Assembly: GCA_963758635.1 (NCBI GenBank)
Contig: CAVWWD010000008.1
Span: 256,001-320,000 of the forward strand
Reading direction: 5' to 3'
Origin: an uncultured Candidatus Rokubacteria bacterium
GTDB taxonomy: Bacteria; Methylomirabilota; Methylomirabilia; Rokubacteriales; CSP1-6
DNA: 64,000 nt
Part shown: one piece after another, positions 1 through 15,637 of the stretch
Layout of the letters: the number at the start of each line of letters is the position of its first letter
Numbering within the stretch: the first letter of the stretch is position 1
Made by a program: the position numbers and the translations under genes
Notes under the pieces: generated by a model
Database searches by the model: none
What the model saw: only the letters and a program-made list of their open reading frames with translations
What the model was told of the DNA's origin: nothing

Positions 1-2
1 CC

Positions 3-659
3 CAGTACCTGGAGGACATCGCCACGCCGGCGAACCTGGCGCGCGAGGGATCGGGGGGCGCGCCGCGCCGCGACTTTAGCGGCCACATGCGCCAGTGGTA
101 CGACTCGATGCCGCTCGACGCGACACGGGCGGGGGCGTGGAAGTGGCTCGCGGCCCGGCCCGGCGGCCCGGCGAAGGTCCTCGTGATCGCCGAGGAGTGG
201 TCCTCGGACTGCCGGCGCGACGTGCCGCTCGTGGCGCGCGTGGCCGACGCGGCGGGGCTCGAGCTCCGCATCTTCCGCCGCGACGGCGCGAAGTTCAGCG
301 CGAGCCACCGGCCCAGCCTGGCCGAGGCGCCCGACAGCAACGCCGACCTCATGGCGGAGTTCCTGAACGAGAAGAACGGCCAGACCTGGCAGTCGATCCC
401 CGTGGTGGTCTTCTACACGAAGGACCTCGAGTACCTGTACCACTACGTCGAGTACCCGGCGATCTACCACAAGGACCGCCTGCGCGGCCACATGCTGAAG
501 GCGCGCCCGGGCGAGACGGACGCCCAGGCGCAGGAGCGCGGCATGCGCGAGTTCATGGAGCTCCAGGGGTCGCCGTTCTTCCGCGTGTGGGGGTTCGCGG
601 GCGTGGACGAGATGATGTCGGCGCTCCACGAGCGGCTCACCGTGGACCTCGCGGGCTGA
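3..659 (+). CDS. Thioredoxin-fold protein (Thioredoxin_9-like), 5' truncated by window
   Basis: Frame open from position 3 (QYLEDIATP...). VLVIAEEWSSDCRRDVP and SIPVVVFY match the thioredoxin-fold active-site and cis-Pro loops. Confidence 0.7.
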   Translation, partial: QYLEDIATPANLAREGSGGAPRRDFSGHMRQWYDSMPLDATRAGAWKWLAARPGGPAKVLVIAEEWSSDCRRDVPLVARVADAAGLELRIFRRDGAKFSASHRPSLAEAPDSNADLMAEFLNEKNGQTWQSIPVVVFYTKDLEYLYHYVEYPAIYHKDRLRGHMLKARPGETDAQAQERGMREFMELQGSPFFRVWGFAGVDEMMSALHERLTVDLAG

Positions 660-668
660 GGCGGCGCC

Positions 669-1715
669 ATGCGTCCCGTCCCCTTCGGCCTCTTCGATCA
701 CGTCGACCGCGGCGAGGAGACGATCGGCGCGCTCTTCGAGCAGCGCCTGAAGCTGGTCGAGCAGGCCGACGCCGCCGGCTTCCGCAGCTACCACGTGGCC
801 GAGCACCACGCCACGCGCCTCGGCATGGCGCCCTCGCCCGGCCTGTATCTCGCGGCGGCCGCGCAGCGCACGCGGCGCATCCGGCTGGGCCCCCTCGTCT
901 ACATCGTGCCGATGTACCCGCCGCTCCGCCTGATCGAGGAGATCTGCATGCTCGATCACCTCTCGGGCGGCCGCTTCGAGCTGGGCGTGGGCCGCGGGAT
1001 CTCGCCGTACGAGCTCGCGTACTCGGGCATCAACTTCCTCGAGGCCCAGGGCATCTTCGAGGAGGCGCTCGAGGTGATCCTCGCCGGCCTGCGCGGCGGC
1101 CGGCTCACGCATCGCGGGCGGCACTTCCAGTTCCACGGCGTGCCGATGGAGCTGGAGCCCGTGCAGCGCCCGCATCCGCCGCTCTGGCAGGGCGTGGTGT
1201 CCCCGGAGAGCGCGGCGGCGGCGGCGCGGCGCGGCGTCAACGTGGTGACCAACGCGCCGTCCACCGCGGTGCGGAGCGTGGTCGACGCCTACTGCGCGGC
1301 GTGGAACGGGACGGAGGCCGCCCGGCCGCTCGTCGGCATGCAGCGGCACGTCTACGTGGCCGACACGGACGAGGAGGCGCTCGCCGTGGCGCGCCCCGCC
1401 TACAAGGTCTGGTACGACAGCCTGACGAGCCTGTGGCGCCAGTTCGGGTCGGCGCCCGTACGCTTCGCCGACTCCCTCGACCGCGCCATCGCCAACGACG
1501 CGGCCATCGTGGGCTCGCCGGACACGGTGCGCGCGGAGCTGGCGCGGCACCTCGAGACGAGCGCGTGCACGTACTTCGTCGGCCGCTTCGTGTTCGGCAC
1601 GCTCGGCTACGAGCGCGCGTCGCGCTCGCTGGCCCTGTTCAGCCGCGAGGTCATGCCGCAGTTCGCGGCCGCCCCGGCGGTGCCTGCGGCCGCCTCCGGC
1701 GGGGCGGGAGCGTGA
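669..1715 (+). CDS. LLM-class (luciferase-like) flavin-dependent oxidoreductase
   Basis: VAEHH, RLIEEICMLDHLSGGRFELGVGRG, PVQRPHPPLW, IVGSPDTV motifs. Confidence 0.9.
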   Translation: MRPVPFGLFDHVDRGEETIGALFEQRLKLVEQADAAGFRSYHVAEHHATRLGMAPSPGLYLAAAAQRTRRIRLGPLVYIVPMYPPLRLIEEICMLDHLSGGRFELGVGRGISPYELAYSGINFLEAQGIFEEALEVILAGLRGGRLTHRGRHFQFHGVPMELEPVQRPHPPLWQGVVSPESAAAAARRGVNVVTNAPSTAVRSVVDAYCAAWNGTEAARPLVGMQRHVYVADTDEEALAVARPAYKVWYDSLTSLWRQFGSAPVRFADSLDRAIANDAAIVGSPDTVRAELARHLETSACTYFVGRFVFGTLGYERASRSLALFSREVMPQFAAAPAVPAAASGGAGA

Positions 1716-1747
1716 CGCGTGGCTGACGCGCGGCGCTCGGCGGGAAG

Positions 1748-2485
1748 GTGGCGCTCGTCATCGGCGCCGCCCAGGGCATCGGCCAGGCGGTGGCCCTCGA
1801 GCTGGCCCGCGCCGGGGCCGCCGTGGTCTGCGCCAACGTCGACGCCGCGGGGGCGAAGGCGACCGCGGAGACCATCGTGGGCGCGGGAGGCCGGGCCGAG
1901 GGGCGCGGCAGCGACGTGACGCGGGCGGAGGACATGCGTGAGGCGGTGGACGCCGCGGTGTCGGCGTGGGGCGGCCTCGACGTCCTCGTGTTCGGCGCCG
2001 CCGTCCGCGAGCCGACGGGCACCGTGCTGGACCTGTCGGAGGCGGACTGGAACCGGACGCTCGCGGTGAACCTGACCGGCGCCTTCCTCGCGAGCAAGGC
2101 GGCGCTGCCCGCGATGATCGCGCGCGGCGGCGGCAGCGTGATCCTGATCGCGTCCCAGCTCGGCCGCGTGGCCGGCGCCGCGCGCCCCGTCTACTGCGCC
2201 ACCAAGGGCGCGCTCATCCAGCTCGCCAAGGTCATGGCCGTGGACCACGCGCCCCAGAAGATCCGCGTCAACACGCTCTCGCCGGGCCCGGTGGAGACGG
2301 GCCGGCTCCTCCATCGCCACGGCGACATGGCGACGGCGCGCGCGGTGCTCGGGCCACGCAACCCCATGGGCCGGCTCGGCCTGCCCGCGGAGATCGCGCG
2401 CGCGGCCCTGTTCCTGGCCAGCGACGCCTCGAGCTACATGACGGGCTCGGACCTCGTGGTCGACGGCGGCTACACCGCCATATAA
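1748..2485 (+). CDS. SDR family oxidoreductase (true start probably ~1719 with an indel)
   Basis: GAAQGIG, YCATKG, IRVNTLSPG, VVDGG motifs. Confidence 0.88.
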   Translation: MALVIGAAQGIGQAVALELARAGAAVVCANVDAAGAKATAETIVGAGGRAEGRGSDVTRAEDMREAVDAAVSAWGGLDVLVFGAAVREPTGTVLDLSEADWNRTLAVNLTGAFLASKAALPAMIARGGGSVILIASQLGRVAGAARPVYCATKGALIQLAKVMAVDHAPQKIRVNTLSPGPVETGRLLHRHGDMATARAVLGPRNPMGRLGLPAEIARAALFLASDASSYMTGSDLVVDGGYTAI

Positions 2486-2490
2486 CAGAA

Positions 2491-2525
2491 CCCTCTCCCC
2501 TCTGGGGAGAGGGCAGGGTGAGGGG
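2491..2525. repeat. REP-like palindromic hairpin CCCTCTCCCC-TCT-GGGGAGAGGG followed by CAGGGTGAGGGG
   Basis: Perfect 10-bp stem (2491-2500/2504-2513) immediately after the SDR stop codon. Confidence 0.7.
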
Positions 2526-2554
2526 CGGTCGTACGACCTCACGGAGAGACACGC

Positions 2555-3610
2555 ATGAAGCACTCGATCGCAGTCATCCCCGGCGACGGCATCGGCAAGG
2601 AGGTGCTCCCCGAGGGCATCCGCGTCCTCGACGCCGCGGCCCGGCGCTTCGGCTTCGAGCTGGACTGGACGCACTTCGACTGGAGCTGCGAGCGCTTCAC
2701 CAAGACCGGGCGGATGATGCCCGAGGACGGGCTCGACCAGCTCCGCCGCCACGAGGCGATCTTCCTCGGCGCCGTGGGCTTTCCCGGCGTGCCGGACCAC
2801 GTCTCGCTCTGGGGGCTCCTGATCCCCATCCGCCGCGGGTTCCGGCAGTACATCAACCTGCGCCCGGTGCGGCTGCTCCCGGGCGTGCGCTCGCCCCTGG
2901 CCGGGCGCGGGCCGGGCGACATCGACATGCTGGTGGTGCGCGAGAACAACGAGGGCGAGTACTCGGAGATCGGCGGCCGGCTCTACCGCGACACGCCGGA
3001 GGAGGTCGCCGTCCAGACCGCGATGTTCACCCGCACCGGCTGCGATCGCGTGATGCGCTACGCCTTCGAGCGCGCGATGAAGCGCCCGCGGCGCCACGTG
3101 ACCTCGGCCACCAAGTCGAACGGCATCATCCACAGCATGCCGTACTGGGACGAGCGCTTCGCCGCCATGGCGAAGAGCTATCCCGACGTGAAGACCGCGC
3201 AGTTCCACATCGACATCCTCACCGCCCACTTCGTCCAGCACCCCGACTGGTTCGACGTGGTGGTGGCGTCGAACCTCTTCGGCGACATCCTCTCCGACCT
3301 CGGCCCCGCCATCGCGGGATCGATCGGGATCGCGCCCGGCGGCAACATCAACCCGGAGAAGGAGTACCCGTCGATGTTCGAGCCCGTGCACGGCTCGGCG
3401 CCGGACATCGCGGGCAAGGGCGTCGCGAACCCCATCGCCCAGATCTGGACGGGCGCCATGATGCTCGAGCACCTGGGCCACGCCGACGCGGCGGACGCGG
3501 TGGTGAAGGCCATCGAGCGCGTGGTCGCGGACGGCAAGGTCGTCACCCGCGATCTGGGCGGCGCCGCCGGCACCAAAGAGGTCGGCGAGGCCGTCGCCTC
3601 GCTGATCTGA
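2555..3610 (+). CDS. Tartrate dehydrogenase / D-malate dehydrogenase (decarboxylating), IPMDH family
   Basis: IPGDGIGKEV, VPDHVSLWGLLIPIRR, SATKSNGI, SNLFGDILSD, FEPVHGSAPDIAGKG. Confidence 0.9.
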   Translation: MKHSIAVIPGDGIGKEVLPEGIRVLDAAARRFGFELDWTHFDWSCERFTKTGRMMPEDGLDQLRRHEAIFLGAVGFPGVPDHVSLWGLLIPIRRGFRQYINLRPVRLLPGVRSPLAGRGPGDIDMLVVRENNEGEYSEIGGRLYRDTPEEVAVQTAMFTRTGCDRVMRYAFERAMKRPRRHVTSATKSNGIIHSMPYWDERFAAMAKSYPDVKTAQFHIDILTAHFVQHPDWFDVVVASNLFGDILSDLGPAIAGSIGIAPGGNINPEKEYPSMFEPVHGSAPDIAGKGVANPIAQIWTGAMMLEHLGHADAADAVVKAIERVVADGKVVTRDLGGAAGTKEVGEAVASLI

Positions 3611-3625
3611 AGGGGCCGAGCGGGG

Positions 3626-3823
3626 GTGAGAACGAGCATCGTGCTCGACGATCGGCTGGTCCAGGAGGGCCTGCAGCGTTTCGGCTGCAGCTCGAAACGG
3701 GCACTCGTCCATCTGGCGCTGACCGAGCTGATCAAGAGCGCTCGGCGGCGCGACCTTCTGTCGCTCAGGGGTCAGGTGAAATGGGAAGGGGACCTCGCCA
3801 AGCTGCGCCGCCTTCGTCCGTGA
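3626..3823 (+). CDS. vapB: VapB-type antitoxin
   Basis: MRTSIVLDDRLV...SKRALV...LRGQVKWEGDLAKLRR, typical VapB RHH family. Confidence 0.8.
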   Translation: MRTSIVLDDRLVQEGLQRFGCSSKRALVHLALTELIKSARRRDLLSLRGQVKWEGDLAKLRRLRP

Positions 3824-3875
3824 TCATCTTCGCCAGGACGGTCTGATCGAGTTTCCTCGAGGCCAGGGTCGCGTG
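3820..3875 (+). pseudogene. Decayed vapC 5' remnant
   Basis: GTGA overlap with vapB; reads VIIF..TV-(W)-IEF-(L)RG across a stop and indels, resembling the PIN N-terminus MIxxDTSVWIEFLRG. Confidence 0.4.
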
Positions 3876-3941
3876 GCCTCGGCCATGCCATCGACGTCGG
3901 GATCCGTGAGTGCCGCCATCGCCGCTGTATATCGCGTGGTC

Positions 3942-4331
3942 TCAAGGGCGCGCGTGCAGGTCAACGAACCCCAGCCGCGCCATCCGCCGGAAATCGGCAT
4001 CCAGGGACCAGAGGGTGGCGTCATGGTCGGCGGCGATCGCCGCCACGATGAGATCCGCGACGCCAACCGCTCCCCCTGGTCGCCGGCCATGTCGATCCAG
4101 CCGTCGATCGATCCCAGGTGCGAGGTTCCGGATAGCTCGACGGGCAACGCCGAGAGCGATTGCCTGAGCCGTGCACGATCGTTCCTCCTGGCGCCGGCCA
4201 GGATCTCGACCCGAACGCGGGCCGTCAGCATCACCTGGCCCGTGTCCAGGAGTTGCCGCAGGTGATCTGCCACGCCGCCGGTCCCGTCGCGCAGGGCCGC
4301 GATCCAGACCGAGGTGTCGACGGACGATCAC
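3942..4331 (-). CDS. vapC: VapC PIN-domain toxin (indels in this sequence)
   Basis: Joining frames gives MIVVDTSVWIAALRDG...VRVEILAGAR...VADLIVAAIAADHDATLWSLDADF; GTGA-coupled to upstream vapB. Confidence 0.8.
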   Translation of the reverse strand: MIVRRHLGLDRGPARRDRRRGRSPAATPGHGPGDADGPRSGRDPGRRQEERSCTAQAIALGVARRAIRNLAPGIDRRLDRHGRRPGGAVGVADLIVAAIAADHDATLWSLDADFRRMARLGFVDLHARP

Positions 4332-4534
4332 CGCGAGCGGTGGGGCCGCCGGCGCGATCGCGGGACGTCGATGTCGAGCTTCACCGTGCCCAGCAGAGCC
4401 TTCAGTTCCTCGATCCGGCGTCGCCGGACCAGCTCGCGCAGCGACAGGACGACGGTGTCGGTCTTGGACTTGAATCCGAGGATCTTGCGTGCCTCTTCGA
4501 GGAGATCGTCAGGCAAGTCGAGAGTTGTGCGCAT
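4328..4534 (-). CDS. vapB: VapB-type antitoxin
   Basis: MRTTLDLPDDLLEEARKILGFKSKTDTVVLSLRELVRRRR, directly upstream of the PIN gene. Confidence 0.85.
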   Translation of the reverse strand: MRTTLDLPDDLLEEARKILGFKSKTDTVVLSLRELVRRRRIEELKALLGTVKLDIDVPRSRRRPHRSR

Positions 4535-4570
4535 ACGTTAGACCCTAGATCGTATGCCTCAGAGTGTCAA
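4531..4570 (-). promoter_or_regulatory. Sigma70-like leaderless promoter of vapBC with palindromic operator
   Basis: Minus strand TTGACA-17nt-TAGGGT-7nt-ATG; inverted repeat GCATACG (4531-4537) / CGTATGC (4551-4557) flanks the -10. Confidence 0.65.
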
Positions 4571-4664
4571 CACCGGCTGTGACGAGGTGAGAGCGATCTT
4601 CGGGTAGGCGGCGGCGTCGCTCACTCCGTGCACGCTCCGGCAGGTCAGTGGCGAAATGCTCGCC

Positions 4665-5000
4665 CTACTGGACCGCGGCGATGCCTTCCTCGCGCGAGCT
4701 CGAGATCGTGAACAGGTCGAGGAAGCCGCCGAGGTCGAAGAGCTGGCGCACCTTGCCGGAGACGCCGCAGAGGGCGAAATGGCTGCCGCCGCCGTCCGCG
4801 CGCTTGCCCGCCAGGAGCAGGACGCGGAAGCCCGCGCTCGAGATGTAGTCCAGCCTGGAGAGGTCCAGGAGGAGGCGCCGGCCGGGCGCGGCGAACATGC
4901 CGGTGAGCCGCTCGCCGAGCGCGGGCGCGGTCCCGCTGTCGATGCGTCCATGGACCTCCAGGATCGTCACGTCGCCGACCGCGTCTTCACGAAGCTCCAC
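4665..5000 (-). CDS. STAS-domain anti-sigma factor antagonist (RsbV/SpoIIAA-like)
   Basis: GRIDS, LDLSRLDYISSAGFRVLL containing the phosphorylatable Ser. Confidence 0.92.
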   Translation of the reverse strand: MELREDAVGDVTILEVHGRIDSGTAPALGERLTGMFAAPGRRLLLDLSRLDYISSAGFRVLLLAGKRADGGGSHFALCGVSGKVRQLFDLGGFLDLFTISSSREEGIAAVQ

Positions 5001-5436
5001 GGGCGTCTGCCTCCCTGGCGTCGTCGAGGCGCCTCCTCAGCACGAGGCGATTGCGGTCGCCGACCCGCGCGTACCGCACCTCGCTCATGAGCCGTTTCAC
5101 GAAGTGGATCCCGAGGCCGCCCACCTGGCGGTCCGCCAGCGGCGCCGACAGGTCCGGCGCGGGCACGGTGAGGGGATCGAACGGCTGGCCGTCGTCCTCG
5201 ACCTCCGCCTCCAGCACGCTCCCGGGGTCACGGTGAGACGCACGCGGATCGTCGTGCGCCGAGCCGTCCGGGTGAGCGTAGCTGACGATGTTGGCGAGCA
5301 CCTCGTCCAGGGCCACCTGCATGTCGGTGACCGCGGACGCGGGAAGATCGCACTCGGCGGCGAGGTCGTCGACGAGCTGCATGACCATCGCGATGCCGCC
5401 GGCGTCGCCCGCCACCGTGCGGTCGATCGTCGTCAC
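4987..5436 (-). CDS. Anti-sigma factor Ser kinase (RsbW-like HATPase_c_2)
   Basis: ALDEVLANIVSYA, EDDGQPFDPL, GGLGIHFVKRLM; GTG start at 5436 overlaps upstream stop; short internal compensated frameshift. Confidence 0.88.
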   Translation of the reverse strand: MTTIDRTVAGDAGGIAMVMQLVDDLAAECDLPASAVTDMQVALDEVLANIVSYAHPDGSAHDDPRASHRDPGSVLEAEVEDDGQPFDPLTVPAPDLSAPLADRQVGGLGIHFVKRLMSEVRYARVGDRNRLVLRRRLDDAREADARGAS

Positions 5437-6604
5437 GGGAGCCGGCGCACCGCGAGCGCCGCGATGTCGTCGGAGGGGGGCGCGCCCGCCTCGAACTCCC
5501 GCACCCGCGCGATGACGGCATCCACGAGGGCGCGCGGCGCCGCCGCGGCGTGCTCGGCGAGCGCGGCCTCCAGGCGTTCCTCCGAGAAGAGCTCGCCGGC
5601 GGCGTCCATCGCCTCGGTGATGCCGTCGGTGTAGACGAACAGGCCGTCGCCGGGGGCGAGCGCGCACGCGACCGTCTCGTACGTGAAGCTCGGCCGGATG
5701 CCGAGGGGCTTGCACCGCGCGCCGGCCAGCGGCGACACGCGGCCATCCGCGGCGATCACGTAGGGCGCGCCGTGGCCGCCGTTGCAGAAGGTGAGGGCCC
5801 CCGTCCCGGGATCGAGCAGCCCGAGGAACAGCGTCACGAACATGCCCTGCTCGTTGTCGTGGCACAGCTCCACGTTCACCCGGGCGAGGATGTCGGCGGG
5901 GTCGGGCACGGCGCCGGGCCCGCCGGGCGCGAGCGTGGCCACGAGGCGCGTGAGGGTCTTGGTGCGGGCCATGAACAGCGCCGCCGGCGCGCCCTTGTCG
6001 GACACGTCGGCGACCACGAGGACCAGGTGCCCGGTAGGGAGCGTGAACACGTCGTAGAGGTCCCCGCCGATCTGGCGGGCCGGCTCGAGCATCGCGAAGA
6101 CCTCGACGGGATGATCGGGGCCGGGCGCGGGGAACACCGACGGCACCATGCCGAGCTGGATCTCGCGCGCGGAGGCCAGCTCGCGCTCCATGCGGTCCAG
6201 GTGCCGCGTGACCTCGTCGCGGAGCCGCTTCTTCTCGAGGCACGCTCCGACGCGCGCCTTCAGGAGCACGGCGTTCAGCGGCTTGGTGAGGTAGTCCTCG
6301 GCGCCGAGCTCGATGCACCGGATCACGCTGTCCATCTCGGCGAGGGCGGAGACGACGATCACGGGCAGGTGGGTGAGGCGCCCCTCCTCGCGCAGCCGCT
6401 CCAGGACCTGGTAGCCGTTCATCTCCGGCATCATCACGTCGAGGAGCACGAGGTCGAAGGGCCGCCCGGCCATGAGCTCGAGGGCCTTCCGGCCGTTCTC
6501 GGCCTCGGTGACGTCCGTGTAGCCCAGGCGGTTGAGACGCGCGATGAGGACGGCGCGGTTGTCCTCGAGGTCGTCCACGACGAGGAGCGCCGGGCCGCCG
6601 CCGC

Positions 6605-6608
<4 letters not shown>
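5433..6608 (-). CDS. Response regulator fused to PP2C/SpoIIE phosphatase (RsbU/RsbP-like)
   Basis: REC (LLVVDD, DLVLLDVMMP) plus IGGDLYD, VADVSDKG, YTDGITEA, DDIA. Confidence 0.92.
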
Positions 6609-7695
<1,087 letters not shown>

Positions 7696-7699
<4 letters not shown>

Positions 7700-8100
7700 G
7701 GGGCGGCGGGACGCGACTCCCCCGCGTCGGCGCCGCGCCCCGAGCCCAGGAGGGTCTCGATCTTGGCGCGCAGGCGGGGAAAGTCGACGGGCTTCGAGTC
7801 GTAGTCGTCGCAGCCGGCGGCCAGCGCCTTCTCGCGATCGCCCGTCATCGCGTGCGCGGTGAGCGCGATGATGGGGATCGACCGGGTGTCGGGCGCCGCC
7901 TTGAGCCGGCGGGTCACCTCCCAGCCGTCGATGCCGGGCAGGCTCAGGTCCATCAGGATGAGGTCGGGGCGGTCGGCGGCGGCCATGGCGAGTCCGCGCT
8001 CGCCGTCGGGCGCCACGAGGACGGTGTAGCCGGCCCGGGTCAGCCGTTGCTGGACGACGTAGACGTTGTCCTCGTTGTCCTCGACGTACAGGATCTTCAT
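7696..8100 (-). CDS. Single-domain response regulator (DivK-like)
   Basis: MKILYVEDNEDN, DLILMDLSLP, ALTAHAM, YDSKP. Confidence 0.92.
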
Positions 8101-8155
8101 GGGGGGACGGCCCGTTCCGCGCGATCCTATCACGGGAGGGCAGGCGTCCGGACCC

Positions 8156-13098
<4,943 letters not shown>

Positions 13099-13102
<4 letters not shown>

Positions 13103-14157
13103 CGGTACACCCCGTCGGCGCGCAGGAGGATCTTGCGCGGCACGGGGATGCCGAGGAGCGAGGCCGTCTTGAGATTCACCGCGAGGTCGATCTTCTCCGC
13201 GCCCTCCACGGGGAGGTCCCGCGGCCGGGCGCCCTTCAGGATCTTCGCGACGAGGCGCGCGGCCTGGATCCCCTGCGCATGGAAGTCGGGGCCGTAGGAC
13301 ACGAGGCCGCCGTGGCCGACCCAGAGCGCGGTGGGGAACACCGCGGGGATGCGCCCGGCGAGCGAGGTCTCGAGCATGGTGGCGGGGATGTCGAGCGTGT
13401 CGATGAACGGGGCGAGCAGGCCGTCGCCGGCCTGGAGCCCGGCGAGCACCTGGATCAGCTCCGCCCCGTCCTTCACGGTGCGCGGCACGACGGTGACTTT
13501 CAGGCGGGCCGACGCCTCGAGGGTCTTCGCGAGCGCCGCGCTGTCCGTGACGTCGCCGCCGTAGTAGACGAACCAGACGCGGCGGAGCCCGGGGGCGATG
13601 GTCTTGAGCACCTCGAGGCGCTTCGGCGTGAGCTCGGTGCTCAGGTTGGAGATGCCCGTGAGGTTTCCGCCCGGCCGGGCGAGGCTCGCGACGATGCCCG
13701 AGGTGATGGGATCGCCGACCAGCGTGAAGACGATCGGGATCTCGCGCGTCGCGTCCCGGGCCGCCGTGGTCGCCGCCTCGTTGCTCGTGAAGATCAGGTC
13801 GACGCCGGCCTTGACCAGGGCCTGGGCGGCGGCGGGCGTCGCCCCCGGCTTTCCCTCGGTGAAGCGGATGTCGAACGTCACGTCGCGGCTCTCGACCAGC
13901 CCCAGGTCGCGCAGCCCGACCTTGAGGCCTTCCACGGTCGGGTGGTTCGCCGCCCACGCCTCGTTGAGCACGCCCACGCGGAACGGACGCGGGGCGGGCT
14001 GGGCGTGGACGGGGCCGGCGGGGACCAGCAGGGCGGCCAGCGCGACCGCCAGGGCGACGGCGAGAGGCGAGAGCGTCAGCGTGTCCTCGTCAGGGTCCGT
14101 GAACGAATGACGAGGCGGCCCGGCGTGCGTACGCAGAATCGCAGTGTTGACCCGCAC
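13099..14157 (-). CDS. ABC-type substrate-binding protein (ABC_sub_bind family); start uncertain
   Basis: Signal-like hydrophobic N-terminus; [44 protein letters not shown]. Confidence 0.88.
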
Positions 14158-14186
14158 GGCGAAGTCGAGATCCGCACGCCGTCACA
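14098..14186 (+). repeat. Dispersed ~89-bp repeat family A, copy 1 (MITE-like)
   Basis: GTGAACGAATG...GTACGCAGAATCGCAGTGTT...GTCACA; aligns with copies at 32800, 46814, 53401, 57124. Confidence 0.8.
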
Positions 14187-14191
14187 GCTGG

Positions 14192-15427
14192 TCAGGGGCG
14201 CTGGCTCCAGGGCGGCGTGGGGTATCGAGCCTTGCCCGGCGCGAGCTCCTCCGGCCACACGATCACCTTCTTGCCGTCCTGCCACTGGAACATCACCATC
14301 TTGTGGGCGATCTGGAACCCGTCGGCGTCGACCTTGAACGCGCCGAACGCGGTGCTCACGTCAAGTCGGACCAACGCCGCGCGGACCTTCTCGCCGTCGA
14401 CGGTGCCCGCCCGCCGCATCGCCTCGAGGAGCAGCTGGCAGGCCGCGTAGCCCTGGGCCGTGTGATACGAGAGCCCCGCGCCGGGGAACTCACGCTGATG
14501 GGCCTCGACGAACTCGCGGGCGCCCGGGTATTGCCGGGCGATGGGGATCAGCCCGCCCGCCCGCAGCGTCACCAGGTCGGGCTCCCACTGGCTGGCGCCG
14601 TAGACGAATTCCGCGCTCTTGCCGAGGCTCTCGTGGAACTTCGGGAGGTCCCCGCCCACGGTGACGGCGTACATCTTCACGTTCAGGTTGATCTCCCGGA
14701 GCTGCTTGGTGATGGCCACCGAGTCGTCGAAGTAGGTGGCCGCGGCCACCGCGTCCGGGCTCACCGCGGCGATCTTCTGGAGCGCGGGAAGAAAGTCGGT
14801 CGTCCCCTTCGTGTACGCCTCGAGACGGATGACCTGGAGGCCCTTTCGCTTGGCGCTCTCGGCCGCGCCCTGCGCGATGGCCTTCGGGAAGATCGTGTCC
14901 TCGTGGATGACGGCGATGGTCTTGAGCCCGCGCTTGGCGGCCATGTCCACGAAGCCCTCGAGGTAGACCTCGGCCGGCGACAGGAGCATGAAGACGAACT
15001 TCCGCCCCTTCTTGAAGATCGACGTGGTCGCGGCGCCCGTCGCCACCATCGGCAGCTTGTGGCGCTCGATGATGTCCGCGACCGCCTCGGTGATGGGCGA
15101 GGAGTACGGGCCCAGGACGGCGTCGACCTTGTCCTGGCCGATCAGCTTCTCGTAGATGCGGACGGCGTTGGCGGCCTGGGACTGGTCGTCCTCGATGAGC
15201 AGCTCGATCTTCCGTCCGAGGACGCCGCCCTTGTCGTTGGCGTCCTTGGCGCAGAGCTGGTGGCCGCGCACCTGGTTCTGCCCGAGCGCGGCGTACTGTC
15301 CGCTGGTCCCGACCGAGACGCCCACGCGGATCGGCGGCGGGCTCTGGCTGGCGGCGGGAGACGGCGCGGCGAGGACGGCGACGACGACCAGGCCGAGCGT
15401 GAGGCGAAGCGCGCGAGATGCCAACAT
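14192..15427 (-). CDS. Branched-chain amino acid-type (LivK-like) periplasmic binding protein
   Basis: Signal peptide; GGVLGRKIELLIEDD, LGPYSS, FQWQDGKKVIVWP. Confidence 0.9.
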   Translation of the reverse strand: MLASRALRLTLGLVVVAVLAAPSPAASQSPPPIRVGVSVGTSGQYAALGQNQVRGHQLCAKDANDKGGVLGRKIELLIEDDQSQAANAVRIYEKLIGQDKVDAVLGPYSSPITEAVADIIERHKLPMVATGAATTSIFKKGRKFVFMLLSPAEVYLEGFVDMAAKRGLKTIAVIHEDTIFPKAIAQGAAESAKRKGLQVIRLEAYTKGTTDFLPALQKIAAVSPDAVAAATYFDDSVAITKQLREINLNVKMYAVTVGGDLPKFHESLGKSAEFVYGASQWEPDLVTLRAGGLIPIARQYPGAREFVEAHQREFPGAGLSYHTAQGYAACQLLLEAMRRAGTVDGEKVRAALVRLDVSTAFGAFKVDADGFQIAHKMVMFQWQDGKKVIVWPEELAPGKARYPTPPWSQRP

Positions 15428-15637
15428 GGTCCCCTTATCCCGGAGAAGGACACGCTTCGATACGGTCACCAAGCGCGAGGACTGGGCCGCGAGCCCGTCC
15501 AAGAGTAGTGACAGGCCCCCGGGTTGTCAAACGTCTGGTTCGGAGCTCGCGCGGGGATGTCGCGCGGTCGCGGGTCGCGCTCGGGCGAGGGGCGCGCTAT
15601 GCGGTCCCGCGGCCGCCCGGGGCGGCGAGCTCCGGCG

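Noticed and set aside
4570..4660. Possible sixth copy of repeat family A
   Set aside because: Only a short end-like match (GCTGTGACG); the conserved core is absent
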